A DNA stretch of 56,058 bases, filler included, from Bipalium vagum (Eukaryota), in NCBI GenBank assembly GCA_037834085.1. It is 3 parts of 3 records of this genome, joined end to end, with 100 filler letters (N's around TTAATTAATTAA, not from the genome) between each part and the next. Parts side by side here need not be neighbours in the genome. Positions count along the whole stretch, not along the records: positions 1 to 22,377 come from JBBMKC010222126.1; 2 more parts are not named here. The stretch is one strand, 5' to 3'. A program made the position numbers and the translations under genes. The notes beneath the pieces were generated by a model. The model was not told the DNA's origin and did not search any database. It saw nothing but the letters and a program-made list of their open reading frames with translations. Each line of letters opens with the position of its first letter. Position 1 is the first letter of the stretch. This document shows positions 1 through 15,583 of the stretch, one piece after another.

Positions 1-125
1 GTAACCAGTTGCCGTACTTTTGAATCATGCCCATACGTTTTAAAGTCCTAGAAATTGTTGATTGATCTACTTCTAATAATCTTGCCAGTTGTTCTTGTAA
101 ATTTGAGGTAAATGTTGATGTCGAA
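1..125 (-). mobile_element. mariner transposase fragment (second HTH region), truncated by window edge
   Basis: Minus-strand translation LQEQLARLLEVDQSTISRTLKRMGMIQKYGNWL matches the mariner segment preceding the WVPHEL motif. Confidence 0.7.
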
Positions 126-245
126 TTTGCGTCATAAGATAATGCATTATTTCCTCATTTTGATCATCAATGGCATGATATACCATAGATTTTCCTGCCT
201 TATCCCATCTATCAATACGACAACGGTATTGTGTTAGGAGGTTAA

Positions 246-740
246 TTAGACTAATGGGTGCTTGACATGCATGAGTTGTGGAACTGTGAATAATACGGAT
301 AATGTTTGTGAAAGTTGATCAAAAGTTTCTTCTTTGGTCATGCCTATGGCAAAGCAATGTCCTACCTTGGTTAATTCATTTAAGAAATGCCTCATATTAC
401 TGGCTTGCGAAGATGTATCAACTGCTGCGGTCATAGGGGTTACGCGCATTACTGGACGAGAATCTTCTTGTAGTGGATCTATTTCATGATAACTAACTGC
501 GGATGTGGACATGACTGAATCTTCATCTACACCAAAAACATCTTCGAATGACGATAATGAAGATTCCGAACTGAGGGTGGAATTATCTCCATCCGTAGTG
601 GCATAAGCTGGAACATACAAACGTTTTGAAGCTGTGGGGGACAAAACCTTAATCAGTAACCAAATCGAATATTTTCTCACCATTTTTGTGTCCCTACAAC
701 CTTGATAGCTAGATATATTGATTTTCAATATATTCCACAA
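246..740 (-). other. unassigned 164-aa ORF in a GC-richer patch, possibly TE-derived or an orphan exon
   Basis: Open frame with an S/D/E-rich middle; no recognisable motif; flanked by a mariner relic and a MITE. Confidence 0.25.
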
Positions 741-833
741 CTCCGAGAATTATTGGAATTGCCACCAAATGGAACTTTAAGGCTCAATTCCTTAGCTCCC
801 CGCCTTAAAATCAAAGATTTGGCTCCTTTGGCA

Positions 834-1195
834 ATATTTAATTATATTTAAGAAATACGAATTGATCTAACTGATTATCAGTCATTAGTATGTTCAACTT
901 ATATATAAATACAAAAAATATCACAATACATAGTTAATATAAAGAACAAAGATAATAATGGTTTTTATTATTAGTAATTTTCAACTGTCATCCATCTGAA
1001 AATTATTCAGATAGGGTGAATAATAATTATTCATCCTTTATAAATGATTTTAAGTTAAATGATAGTGATTTTCATATTTCCATTGATCAAATAAAAAATT
1101 TAGTTCACAAAATAATATTAAAATAAATATTTTCAAATTAGAATATGATGGGGGGAAAATATGAATATTCGTATTTCTTTAATATAATTAAATAT
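834..1195. mobile_element. MITE-like element with ~29-bp inverted repeats
   Basis: ATATTTAATTATATTTAAGAAATACGAAT (834-862) is the reverse complement, with one mismatch, of ATTCGTATTTCTTTAATATAATTAAATAT (1167-1195). Confidence 0.6.
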
Positions 1196-2452
1196 CCACC
1201 CCGAACCTGTTATTTCTTTTTCTTCAATATACTTATTTAATTTAAGTCATCTTAGATCGTTTATTTAATAAAATTCATTTATGTTTAATATTTTATAATT
1301 GTTAGAATAAATATCTTACTAGTATTTAAATGGATATTCATATAATTATACTTTTATTATTTTTTTTTTCCATATTTTTCATTTTTTATAAAAAATTGAA
1401 GAAAAAATTAACATAATAATTTTTTAAAAAATAGAAATCAAAAACTCACTAAAAAATAAGTAAAAAATAATAATAAATAAATAATAATAAAATAATAATT
1501 AATTAAAAATTATAATATAAATATAAAATATTTTTAAAAGACCTTAATAATAAGAAATTCATTTTTTCTTATCTCAACGAATATGAGTAAAATTTAGTTA
1601 GGATTCAATTACCAAAGGCAGATTAGGATCAAATTTCAAAAGACAGAAGATTCCGATACAAAGTTTCACATCTCTACAGAAGAGAAATTCATCGGCTGGT
1701 AATTCAATTTGACAATTTGGTGTCGAATTTAAAATACAGAAAACTATAAAAAAGAGAGAAAATCGAAGATCTATTGCAAACAATCAACTTCAAAGAACTG
1801 CTCCATCGTAACTCAAAAGGAACTTCACGACCACGTCAAGAACCCTTCAAATATTTTTTTCACAATCCATCAGAAATTTTACAATTAACGACAAAGAATT
1901 CCGTCAATCAATATTTCCGTGATTTAAAGAGTAATTATATTTTATTTATTAATATTTGAAATAGCAATTTGATTAAAAATTGCATATTTCGTGAACTAAT
2001 TTGACTAAAAATTAGAATTTTATTAAACTAAATAACTTTGATAGAATAATTGAATAGATCCCCAATTATTCTATCTTTATCAAATTAAACTTTTTTTGTT
2101 TGCCTAATTTTTTTCTTTTTGCCTTCTCTTCGTCTAGTTAGGGCGGAGAGGCGCTTTTTTAATCGATGGCTTTAGAGGCTAAGTTAGTGAAGAGCAACCT
2201 GTATTCTTTCAAATTAATTGCTCCGGGTTTTGACAATTAAAATATCACATGTGTATTTCTATATTTTGTTCAACAAAATAATTTATTAAAAAAAATATTT
2301 AACCTCAATATATTTATTTATATAATTTTTTGACGATAAGAATAGAAATAATTTTAGCTACATACTTAGCTTAAATAATTTAGTAAAGTCAAATTAAATT
2401 TAGAACAAAAATAGCATCAAAATCATATCAAAACAAATCTATATTTAATCTA

Positions 2453-4345
<1,893 letters not shown>

Positions 4346-6849
4346 GTTTTATAATTAATATATTTTATATAAGACATTAATTAAACAAAAATTTCCAATT
4401 TGATTTTAAATATTAAAAAATACCAATTTTAAAATTCGGTAATTAAATTGCAAAAAATAGACTTATGATCATAAAATTTTTAACCTTTTTTTAAAAAATA
4501 TTATAATATATTTATTTATTTATTTAAATATTTTTAATATTTTAATATTTTTAAATATTATTACGACTGTTAATAAAAATCAGTACAACACTTTTGCAAA
4601 ACAATAAAAAACTGAATAAGAATGAAATAAGTTTAAAAATTCAGTTCGGTTAATTTTTTTATTTTTAATTATTTTTTGCAGTATTAATTTTATTATTATC
4701 TTATTTTAATGTTTTTTGTATTTATGAATAAATTATTTGTGATATATATAATTATTTTAATAACTCTTGTTAATGTCAATAATGATATCATTAAAAAGTA
4801 AGGTACCATTGAATGAAGCAGTTTAAAAAGTTTTCAGAAAATGTTAATAATTTAAGGATTAACCAGTATTAATTAAAAATAAAAAAGGTTATAATAAATG
4901 GCATTTACCGTTAATTTTCTCGAAGTTTTAAAATTAATTCTTTTATTTTAATTAGGACGTTACACAATAATAATGTTTTTATTAACAAAATTTAATATTT
5001 CAATGTAAAGTTAAACAAATAATTTTTTAATTTAATAATTTTCAATTTGAAAATTATAATGAAATTTTAATGAAAAATGAGTTATGAGTAATGCTCGAAA
5101 ATAAATAAATCCTATTTCATTCCTAAAGAATCAATTCTTTTAATAATTGAAGAAGGACAAGACAAAATCTGAAAAATATGGAGACATTCCGATATATTTT
5201 TCTTTTCGAATTATTTGTATAAATCGATCTGAATTATCTTTACCTCGATACTCATAAATAAATTGAAAAGTTGTAGTTCAGGGTGAATGTATTTGAACAT
5301 TAGAAAATACTGAATAGAACTAATTTCCTCAGATTGTTAACACTCACATTATTAACATTTCATCCGGTAAATTGATTCCTAGTGACCATCGTGACTTCCG
5401 ATATTAAAATCATAACTTCAGTCTGGTTCTTAGCAGAAACGCATTCCACTCGAAAAATCTTTTCCTTTTCAGGTGCATCATTCTGCCTTAAGCATCGTTT
5501 CTTGTTGATAATTACTTTACAATTTCTAGCATGATATTTATCTGCTTCTTGTTCTAATATTACTTTATCTGTTCTAGATTTGTTTGATTTTTACATCACT
5601 TACATTTTGGTTTCTTTTTCTCTTCGGAAAATATATATTTCTTCGGACTTATTTCTCTTTGCATTGCATATCCTTCCATCGTTTATTATTAAACATTCCA
5701 TTACTCTTCTTGTCCAACTTTTTTCAGTTAAACCTTTATCAATTTCACTGAAGTAAATCCTTCCTTTATCTTCTGCTGGTTCACTCTTCACTTACAATAC
5801 CTATGATGAACGTCTCTTAATTTGTCTCTTCATGTGGTTTTTATTTGGCTTTCAATTATCGAGTGTTATTATTATTATTATTTTATTACAGACTTCCCTT
5901 ATCCTTCCTGAGTCATGACATTTTCGAACCCAACACTATTATTACTAAGATTAAAATTATTGGTATTTAATATAATTTAACTTATTAGTATTTATATATT
6001 AATATTGATATTATTAATTTTTTTATTATATTCATACTTTATCCTCACATCCTGGAAAATTTTCATATACATTGTTCATCGATTTTATATCTCTAAATAT
6101 TCAAATAAATACCAAATTACCAAAATAATTTTTTCCTAACTTTAATTTGCAAAATAATGGTCCGTTTGAATGAAGAGTATCATAATAGAAATCAATTTTT
6201 TCACAATAAAAGAAAATAACTTAAAAATGATATCACTTTGATTCTATTTGTTTTTGTCATTGTTCTCGGTTTTGTTCTTTTTGATTTAAGCCTAATTTTT
6301 GTTCTGCTGTAGAAAAGATAGTAGTTGCTTATATACTTCCAAGTTTTCCTCAACCGGCCAATGAATAATTATAACAAGGATATTTTACCTCTTTTGAGTT
6401 TTCCTACGCAGAGATCCGGAGCTTTCAATTATCCAGTTAAACCCATCATTAGTCCCCTGAGCATAATAATTGACTCTGCCGCTTCCCTTTTCTATTAGGA
6501 TAATGTCAATCCGAGAGCTATAAGTATTCAGCTCGGCTCAAGCCTGTTCAACGAGCTTAATAATTAAATGGATTAGGTTTCCTAAAAATCCTCAAAAATA
6601 TTATTTCTTAATATGAACAAGTGGTAATTATAATTTACTATTTTTATATTATTATTTTATTATTTTATCAATATTATTATTATCATATTAACAAAAAAAT
6701 AATTATCTGAAATTATTATTATTTAATATAATATTATCATTATGATAAAATAAAAAAATCTAACTTTTTCGAAAAAAATCCAAATATTGATCTTGGATAC
6801 AAACAGGTAGAATTATAATTAAAGATTCAGTTAAACAGTATCAGAATAG

Positions 6850-8000
6850 ATATGAGTTTTTCAATATTTTTATTGATTTCGATATATACCTTAAATACAA
6901 GAACAACGACGATAATTCATTGTTGCGATCGATAATATCTACTGTCAAGTAAACAGATTCCTGTTTTTCTTCCATCAATGAATGATGAATAAACGTTCGA
7001 CCAAGTCAGACAATATTGAACACACCTACTCACAAACAGATTTTAAAAAGTCCACATACAACACTTTTTTTTATAAAATTTTTTATAAATTATGTCAATC
7101 TGGCATAATATTAGTTTTGAGGAAATACGTGAAGGAATCAAATAGTTTATTGTTCAAGGATCATATGGTTTTCTTTATTTCACTTGCTTTCCATGATCAC
7201 AATTCGGTGGAGAACGTTAGACTTACAAGGAATTTCTTTACATTAGAATTAAGGAAGAAAATAATCTTTCCTTTAAATAATAAAACTGAGAATTTCGAAT
7301 TAAAGTATTTGTATTATCATTGTTGTAAAACAAATTAACGTTTTTAAACGCAGCCTCATTATCTTAGGCATTCCAATTAACGTTTCCATTGTGTTAATTA
7401 TTTGTAGTTAAGGTTGAGCTTCACTTCGAAGTCTTAACATATTTTAATTTTAAAAAATAATCAACATTTGAAAAAGTTTTTCAATATTTTAAAGAATTTC
7501 TAAGTAGATTTATGATTGTCCACAGAACCATTTCAGATATTCATTATTTGCTATTACCATTTTAATGAAATTATTACCTTCTTTCCATCCAGTTGGTGAT
7601 CATTAATAATCTTTTAAATTCTTGTTTTTTGAAAATTTCCTGGTGATACTTTAAAAGTATTACCATTTAATTTCCAATTTTCTTGAGTTTAACTCTGATT
7701 AGCTGACCCATTATTGGTGCGTCGGATTATCATATGTCTGGACCGATAGCACATGGTCTGTTGGAGTAGACGTTCAAGAATGAATGTCAAAAAAATAGCT
7801 AGATGAAGTGACTATTTGAAACCAGGTCTATTTTACTGATAGAATTCATAAATTGCCAAAAATTTGGAGAAATCTTATTATTGATTAGAAATATTTTTTT
7901 ATTACATTTTCAAACCGTAAAAATCGACCAACTCATACTTTTGCACATTATATTCATTTACATTGCTTCATTTGGTATTTAATATCTAATATTTTTCAAA
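6850..8000 (-). mobile_element. highly decayed hAT-like transposase relic
   Basis: Scattered minus-strand peptides such as QTYDN (~7730) and LTVDIIDRNNEL (~6915-6950) resemble ZMYM1/Tip100-type hAT transposases; many stops; boundaries approximate. Confidence 0.3.
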
Positions 8001-8394
8001 TTTACATACCGAACTTACATCATGCACCACCCAAATATCAAAAACTAACGATGGATTCATTAATATTTACAATATTTCGATAAAGTATATATAAAAAATT
8101 ATATATTCTTCATATTTATTTGAAGACGAAATCAATGAATTCTGTAATGTATCATAGAAACACAAAACACAATATAAGCATGCCTGTAAGACACACAACA
8201 ACACTAACAGGCCGACACACAATCACAATAACAGACACACATAATCCTGGTCAAATGCATCTTGGCATATAATGAAACGAGCGTTGAAGGTATGCAACAG
8301 GCATATCTATTGTTTCCAAATTATAAAATGGTTTAATAAAGCAAATTTAGATATTTTGAAAATGATAATTGACGGCCTCAGTTGAAACGTAAAC

Positions 8395-9162
8395 ATGGAT
8401 TTTTTTTGTCAAGATTTGTCCCCAATCAATGACAGGAATGTCCAATGCGACCAACGATCTCCAATAACGGAGATTGAAGAATTGATAATAAATTGTGTCA
8501 AAACCCGAAATTTGAGATTACTCGACCTTTTACTTTACGAGCCAGATTCACACTTGAATTGTCTTTATTATGGTGAAAATATGTTAATGTTGGCCACAAG
8601 AATGGGCTATGAAGACGTTGCAAAGTTTCTCATCGAGAATGGTGTAGATTATAATTTTGAGAAAAAAATATTCTATAAAACCATCACAGAAAACGGCATG
8701 ATTATCGATTTCCACAGTATCAGTTGTCGCGAAATGGCATATCGACATCAGATGTTCGACATTGTTGGAATCATTGACTTTCTTAACAACAATTATTTTC
8801 GTTATTACCCCAAGCCGAAATTGGAGCTAAGAGATCGATCGGAAAAGCCGGGAATGTTCTTTGACGTCGTTTCGTTACATGAGGAATTTTTTACGGGTGA
8901 ATATTTCGAAAGTGCCGAACGAACTACTTTCGACAATTCTGTTACTTTGGATGATGTTAATTTCAGTCCTAAAAAGAATTTTGGGATCCGATCTCGTTCA
9001 GAAAACGGCATGAGGTTTTCGAAAAACAACCAAACAAAAGAAAACAAATCGTCTTTTTTGCGCAAAAGAACCACGTCTGCAAAAAACAAAACCAATGATG
9101 GGAATTTCGATTCTCTATTTTCAACGGTCAACAAAATCTGGAATTTGAGCTTAAAAAATTAA
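8395..9162 (+). CDS. ankyrin-repeat protein, single exon, 255 aa
   Basis: GENMLMLATRMGYEDVAKFLIENGVDYN is a good ankyrin repeat, with degenerate repeats on both sides; AAACATGG start context; basic disordered C-terminus; GC above background. Confidence 0.82.
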   Translation: MDFFCQDLSPINDRNVQCDQRSPITEIEELIINCVKTRNLRLLDLLLYEPDSHLNCLYYGENMLMLATRMGYEDVAKFLIENGVDYNFEKKIFYKTITENGMIIDFHSISCREMAYRHQMFDIVGIIDFLNNNYFRYYPKPKLELRDRSEKPGMFFDVVSLHEEFFTGEYFESAERTTFDNSVTLDDVNFSPKKNFGIRSRSENGMRFSKNNQTKENKSSFLRKRTTSAKNKTNDGNFDSLFSTVNKIWNLSLKN

Positions 9163-10029
9163 TCCGGAGAAAGCATTTTAAAAAATGTTGATTTTTTTAA
9201 AATTCTATTTATAAATATGTTTTATTAAAATATTTTCGATAAAGGTAAATTTGTTTTAATGATTTGATGTATTTTTCATTTGTTACTGATTACCGAACCA
9301 ACAAATCTTTTCCAAACATGTTTCAATGAAACGTATATTTTTCTAATCAACCATCACAATTTTCTTTCATTGACTTCACTCATCCAATTCAACAGTTTTC
9401 CCAATATTGTCACCAAGGGTTTAGATTATTTGGAGCACTTAGGCCTCTCTTGAAACAGCAAAAAATTAGTTTAAGGGTCTAATCTTTTCTTGAAAATTTC
9501 ATTATTAAAAAGTTTTTGAACGCTAATTATAAAAATAATTTTATTAATTGATATTTTTCAGTCCAAAAATAAAATTTGAGGTTTGATGTTTTATTCAAGA
9601 ATAGCTCAAGATTTAGGAAAAACTGAACAAAAGGTAGTACGAAAGTATTTGTTTTGCTTAGAAAAACCACATCTGAAAATCAATGATGTGAAAAACAAAA
9701 ACTTTTTATGAAATGTATGAAATTTTTTTATTTACCTATATACCTTATATTTTAACAAAAAACTGGCAACCTTACGTTGTTTTAATGTTTAAATTTAATT
9801 TACAGAATTTTTAATTGGCTACCATTTTGATACACAAGTGATACATTGTTAAAATATTAAGATGAAACTCATGAGATTTTTTGTACAATTTTCAACTTTA
9901 TTTATAGTTATTTTATAATTATACAGGATGTTTCAAATGGGAAAGATAGTGGTGACATATCCTAATTAGTAGTTTTATTGTTCTTATTGGTTACGAAATA
10001 TGATAATTTCAATAGGAACTACTGACAAA

Positions 10030-10560
10030 TTCATGTATAGATTTTTTCAGATGATCAAAGACCGAAAAAGTATACCTCTTCTTCAGTTACAAAAGAATCA
10101 TCCACATAGAATTTGTATGATATGATGAAACAATTAACGGCAAATAAAATCATCATTTATTGACTATTTTGTGGAAAGTTTTCTGTGATTTTACCTTGAA
10201 TATAATCATAGACAGTAGTCGTGTGACAAAGCACTTGAACATAAATGAAAATTAGTGTGAATTTTTTGCTGGAAAAAGTATACGGTTTTAACTAAGTTCT
10301 GTAGTCACCAGATTTGGCATCATGTGACTTATGGATATTCCCGAGACTTAAATAGGCCATGAAAGCACAGCATCACAACTATATTCAGGACATCCAAAAG
10401 ACATTAACCGAATTTTCGGGGCAATTTTAGAAATTCTTACCATCATTATTTCGAAATATTTTATTACCCCTTCCACATTATATTAGAGTTATAATTACAT
10501 GTTCATATTTTACTAGTTGTCTTTAACTTTGCACCAGTAGCTTTTACCATAGGGTACACG
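10030..10560 (+). mobile_element. decayed mariner (irritans-like) relic
   Basis: SPDLASCDLWIFPRLK at ~10305-10352 corresponds to the YSPDLAPCDFWLFP motif; boundaries approximate. Confidence 0.6.
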
Positions 10561-11739
10561 TATGTGTTAATTTATTTATATTATATTATTTGTCAATTAG
10601 TTCTCATGTATAAATTTACCAACTATTAGAGTGGATAATAAGTCAAACTCACAAGTACTACTAGATTCGATTGCTTATTTAAATATCCAAAGTAATTAAA
10701 AATCTTCAATAAATTTGATAATAAAATCAACAAACGGAAAAAGAAACTATCTTTAGCTTCTTATGTGCATTATAAAATGATGATTATTTCAGATAAATAA
10801 AAAATGTCTTTAATGTTCAACAATAAATCTTAGATAATAGTATATATTAAGGACAATTTTACATTATTAACTTTTTTTTTAGAAATGTACAAGCTCACTG
10901 TAATTTTTGTTTATATCTCAGAAGTCATTTAGTACTGATCATTAATACCACAGGATTAATGAAAAGTACATTTTTGTAGATTAACATAAACCAAAATGCC
11001 AATTTTTCATGTTGATAACTCACTCAAAAATGATAAAGGTCACAAGAGCTCTGGTCGTTGTTGGTTAAGATGTCATAAAAATGGTAGTCGATTTATAAAT
11101 AGTGTTCATTCAATTGTTGTTTGGTTGAAAAAAAACCTTGTTGACAGGCTGAAGCACAAACTTATTTTTCAAGATTAAATTCTTTGAGAAAATTAGAAAT
11201 ATAAATAATAAACTCAGATTATTTATAATTATCGGTTTTATGTAAACTGGTATTTTTAATTTTTCTGATTGGCATTTTTTGTTTTTTTATATTGATATTT
11301 GAAATGGTTTCAAAAAGTCACAAGGCTGATTTGTAAAATTCTGATATAAATCGAAACAATTTCAGTTGAAATATTTGTACAAGGACTTCTTATTTAATAT
11401 TCCATTAATAATTATATTTATAAAGATTCACAAAATGCAACTTTAAGAAGCAATCCAAGCATTTTATGAATTTTGTGTATAAATAGAAATTATGCCAATA
11501 ATAAATCAAATGAAAAAGAAATAAAGGAAATTATATGAAAAAAATTTATACCGTAATAATAATAATTTTCCCGTGTAATCTTAGGAATAGAATTTCTTCA
11601 ACATTTAAACTGGTTTCTGCATAATCAATATTAATAGTTTAATTTAAAATAACGAAATTGGTACTAAGCTATCGTAGAATGAATTTCATTAATTATATTT
11701 TTCTTGATGATATTAGGTTAATGCATTGATAGTACCTTT

Positions 11740-12230
11740 TTTTACAATATTGTTTCTTTATTTAATAAGTAAAACACATTATGTAAATATAAAACGAAAA
11801 AGATAATTTATTCAAAATATTAATAATAACTTTCTCCAATTTTCCAGGAAGCTGATGAATTCCTCGATAAAAGAAAATAACATCTTTGGTAGGTTGTCAG
11901 TCAGTGATACTGGTTTCAGATTCCTCGAAGGAATGGAAGGACTTCTTGGAAAATGAATGTGCCATCGACCGAAACAGATTGTAGCCAGAAGGGGCGCAAT
12001 CTGGTGAATAGGCCACGTGGAATAGCACTTCCCATTGGAGTTTTTCTCTAGCTTTTCCTGGACTCGTTTGTTTACTTTTGTCCGGGCGTTGGCATGCAAC
12101 AAAATTACTTTATACTACCTTTTCTCATATTTTGATATTTTTTCACGCAATACCTGAGTCAGACGTATTAAATGTTCTCGGTACAACTCCCATGTAACCG
12201 TTTTACCTTCCTTTAATATGGAATGTCGTT
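11740..12230 (-). mobile_element. mariner transposase C-terminal half (pseudogenised)
   Basis: KVILLHANAR, then across a frameshift WEVLFHVAYSPDCAP...LFRSMAH; matches the Mos1-type HDNARPH and YSPDLAPSDY region. Confidence 0.8.
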
Positions 12231-12376
12231 TTAAATTTCTGAACTCAACTATGGGTAGTATCGAACCGGATGTGGACATTCAATTCTTTGTTAAATTCTG
12301 ATGACTAATTTTACCATAAAATCAGATACCATCTTGTGTTTCAATCTTTCGTTAAGAAACCAAATTGTAAGTATTA

Positions 12377-13055
12377 TCAGGCTGTTCCTTAATTAATCTA
12401 CCATTTTACTTTCATAAGGAGTAATATTAAAGTCAATTATAAAGCTGAAAATGTAAAATTTATTCACGAAACTTGCTCAATTATGCTCAACACACTTTAT
12501 CTAAAGTTTGCTAAGTAATTTTATTTTTTGTAAGGTATTTGTAGACGATTCTGATAGCGTATTCCAAGCATTTTTAGACTACGAAACACATTTGTAGTAG
12601 GGATATTTCGTTCTTGTGATAATTGTCTTTTTGTTTTTATTGTGGATTAGATGCAACTGCATCTTTTATAAGTTCAAGGCTCATTGATCATGGCCTAGCC
12701 AATTTCTAAAATCATCATATCAGCTCTTTCAAATCGACGATACCAAGATTATACAAGCTTGCAAAGCCTAGAGATTTCACCTTCAAATTAACATATTATT
12801 CTAAAGGCCTCCGATGCTTTCACTTCTTTTTTCCAATAATGCCGTAGGATATCACGAATTACAATTTTGTCAATGTTAATTTCTTGAAAACTAATTTAAC
12901 CTAATTTAAAAAAAATAGTAATCATAAACAACGGATTCAGATAAACAAAAGCTCCAGATTGATATCAAATTTATTATAGATAATGTATTCTAATGTTAAA
13001 CTTTAATATTAAACTCTTCATTAAAAAATGATAGGTTACTTAATGAACAACCAAA
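12377..13055 (-). mobile_element. internally deleted mariner with both TIRs and TA flanks
   Basis: TA|TCAGGCTGTTCCTTAATTAATCTACCATTTT pairs with AAAATGATAGGTTACTTAATGAACAACCAAA|TA; interior encodes IRDILRHYWKK..ASEAFRII...SWYRRFE (mariner N-terminal HTH). Confidence 0.72.
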
Positions 13056-15583
13056 TATTTAATAAAATAGTAATACATGATAAAAGTAATCTTCGAGATT
13101 TGGGCTGATAAATAAAGATTAATTTTAATTAAAACCACACTACCAAGAATTTTTTTAAAAAATAAATATTTCCTTAAGGTAAAAATAAATCACAGTTGTG
13201 GGTAAGAGTTTAAAAACCACAAGAAACAAATTTACAAATTTTGTTTTAATTAAAATATTTTAAAATATTTTTTGAATTTCAATTCCATAGAATCTGTAAG
13301 GAACAAAACATTCCAAAAAAACAATAGATTTTTTATTTATAAATATGATTTGGTTGTAAGAATATTTTTAAAAGCTTTTTTAGATTATCAATATTTTTCC
13401 ATTATGTTCCACTGAATATACAATTGGGTCACCAAATGTAATTGTCTAAATATTATTTTAACTCGTGTGATTATTAAAAATAAATAAATAAAATAATTTC
13501 CATGTCTCTGTACTATTTCATTTTTAGTCATTTACCTACTGACTAATAATAAGCAATGTGTTACTTAATTACATAAATTAAGTTTAATATCCGATAGAGA
13601 GAAAAGGAGAAACGCTATTTAATTAATATAATTTCATTCAATTATCACAGAATTTTTGATGACCATGCTTGGTTGAGGCATACGATTTGGCCTGAAACCT
13701 GTAAACCAGTATCGTTTTCGTGAGTGGATAATTGGATCTTGTTTGGTTCTGATTAATTTGATGAAATTAAATCACCAACAATCCTCTGGGATCACGGAGA
13801 TATTGGTTTGTCGCTTGGTGGATAAATATGCGGGGAGAAAGTGGTAATTAGAAATTAGCAGAGATTGAAAATGGCAAAAAGAAACTCATACAAATTACAG
13901 ATGTGAAGATATTGGTATGTACATAAATTAGGTGAGGCTACATTTGGTGAAACTGAAAGCGTCGGCTGCTGGTTTTTGTCCATCAACGACAAGGTTTACT
14001 GACAATTAGGCATTGATGGTTAATGATGGATACCAATCCCAACCTGAACATAAAGAGTTGATTAAATTGAGTTATTGTTGGGCAATCCAATCAGAAAAAA
14101 TCAACAGCTAATGATGTTGTTAATATCATTAATTTTATCCTGGGAATTAGCCAAAGAATAAGCGTTTCACTTTGAAAACTTATTAGTTGGTCAAATTAAG
14201 AGTATAATACCGCTCAGTTTCTACGAAAATAACATTTCACCGTACGTAAATGAACTTGAGTCAATATTTGTATTGTTTTAATGATACTATGGTCTTTTGG
14301 TTGAGGGATCTTTTTTGTTTTCTAAGATTATTTCGACAATTACATGAATTAATTATAGCGATTATAAAATTCTTAATATAACATTATTTTTTAAAAAAAT
14401 ATTATTTATTTAAAAAGGGGTTCATTTTATTTAGTATTCTTGCAAACTGAATACTTTAGAAAAGGAACCGATTGATGGAATAGTTTTTGTCTGTTCAACA
14501 AGTTTTTTATTTTGATAAATAATTATTTGTTTTTTTATATTTAAATTAACTTATTTTATTATATTGAGTATCACAATATTGTTATTTAATAACAATGCTG
14601 ATAAAAATAATAATTTCTACTTTATTTTATTTTTTTATATTTTTAAATAAAATTTTTATATAAATTAAAATTAGAAAATTTTTATTATTTTTAAGTTATC
14701 ATTAACAAAGTCTTAATTTTTAATTTTTATGTTTCAATTTATTTTTTACCAAATCATCATGGTTAATTTAATATTGAACAAGTTTGTGAAGATTTATATA
14801 TTATGTATATAATATAATACTAATAATAAAAGAAGAAATTTGTAAAACACTTTTTAAAGTTGAAGGTCGAAGTATTTTTTTTAACTTGACAGACTTGAGA
14901 AACAAATTAAATCTTACAGTAATATTACAACGGATACTTATTTTTGATCCGCTGTAGATCTGAACCAATTTTTAGGAAGCAGAATTGTGATCAATTTCCA
15001 GTTTTTAAAAAATATGATTACCAATCAATCTAGATCAAAACATCAAAAACTATGACGAAACCCTTTTAAATTGATAAAAAATTGATAATATGTATACTGA
15101 ATAAAAACTTCATTCATTGATATTAAAGTTAATTATTGATTCTTAAATTTGAACAGTGATTAAAGTTTTAAGACCCATAGGTCCATGACGTTCAAGTATC
15201 TTCTTTTAGCAATTTAGTTGAAGTACAGATAAAAAAAAATAATTCTAAACCATTTAAAGATTAATTGGATTATCAGTGTTGAACAATACAATTAAATAAA
15301 ATCAGTATTAAAACAAATAAAACAATTTTTTGAAATCATTCTAATTAGCCATGTGCATCCAAGCATTTATATATACTTATAGTTCTCTTAGTTCACGTTC
15401 AAAACCTGAAACGCCATTGGTGCTACGATGTAAATTAATACTTCAGCATTTTAAAATTTGTACAGTGGTGGATATTCGTTTTGAACATATCTGTAATTTT
15501 AAGAATTTAAATAAATTTTATTACAAATAGAAAGAAAATATTTTATAATGAAATAAACAAGAGCTTTATTTTTTGAATTTTTA

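Noticed and set aside
1598-1959. Short ORFs in a GC-richer patch
   Set aside because: No motif and no consistent splice model; cannot be assigned.
5600-5791. Possible BED-finger/hAT fragment (CLIINDGRICN)
   Set aside because: Similarity too weak to call without a search.
8805-9134. 109-aa minus-strand ORF
   Set aside because: Antisense shadow of the ankyrin gene.
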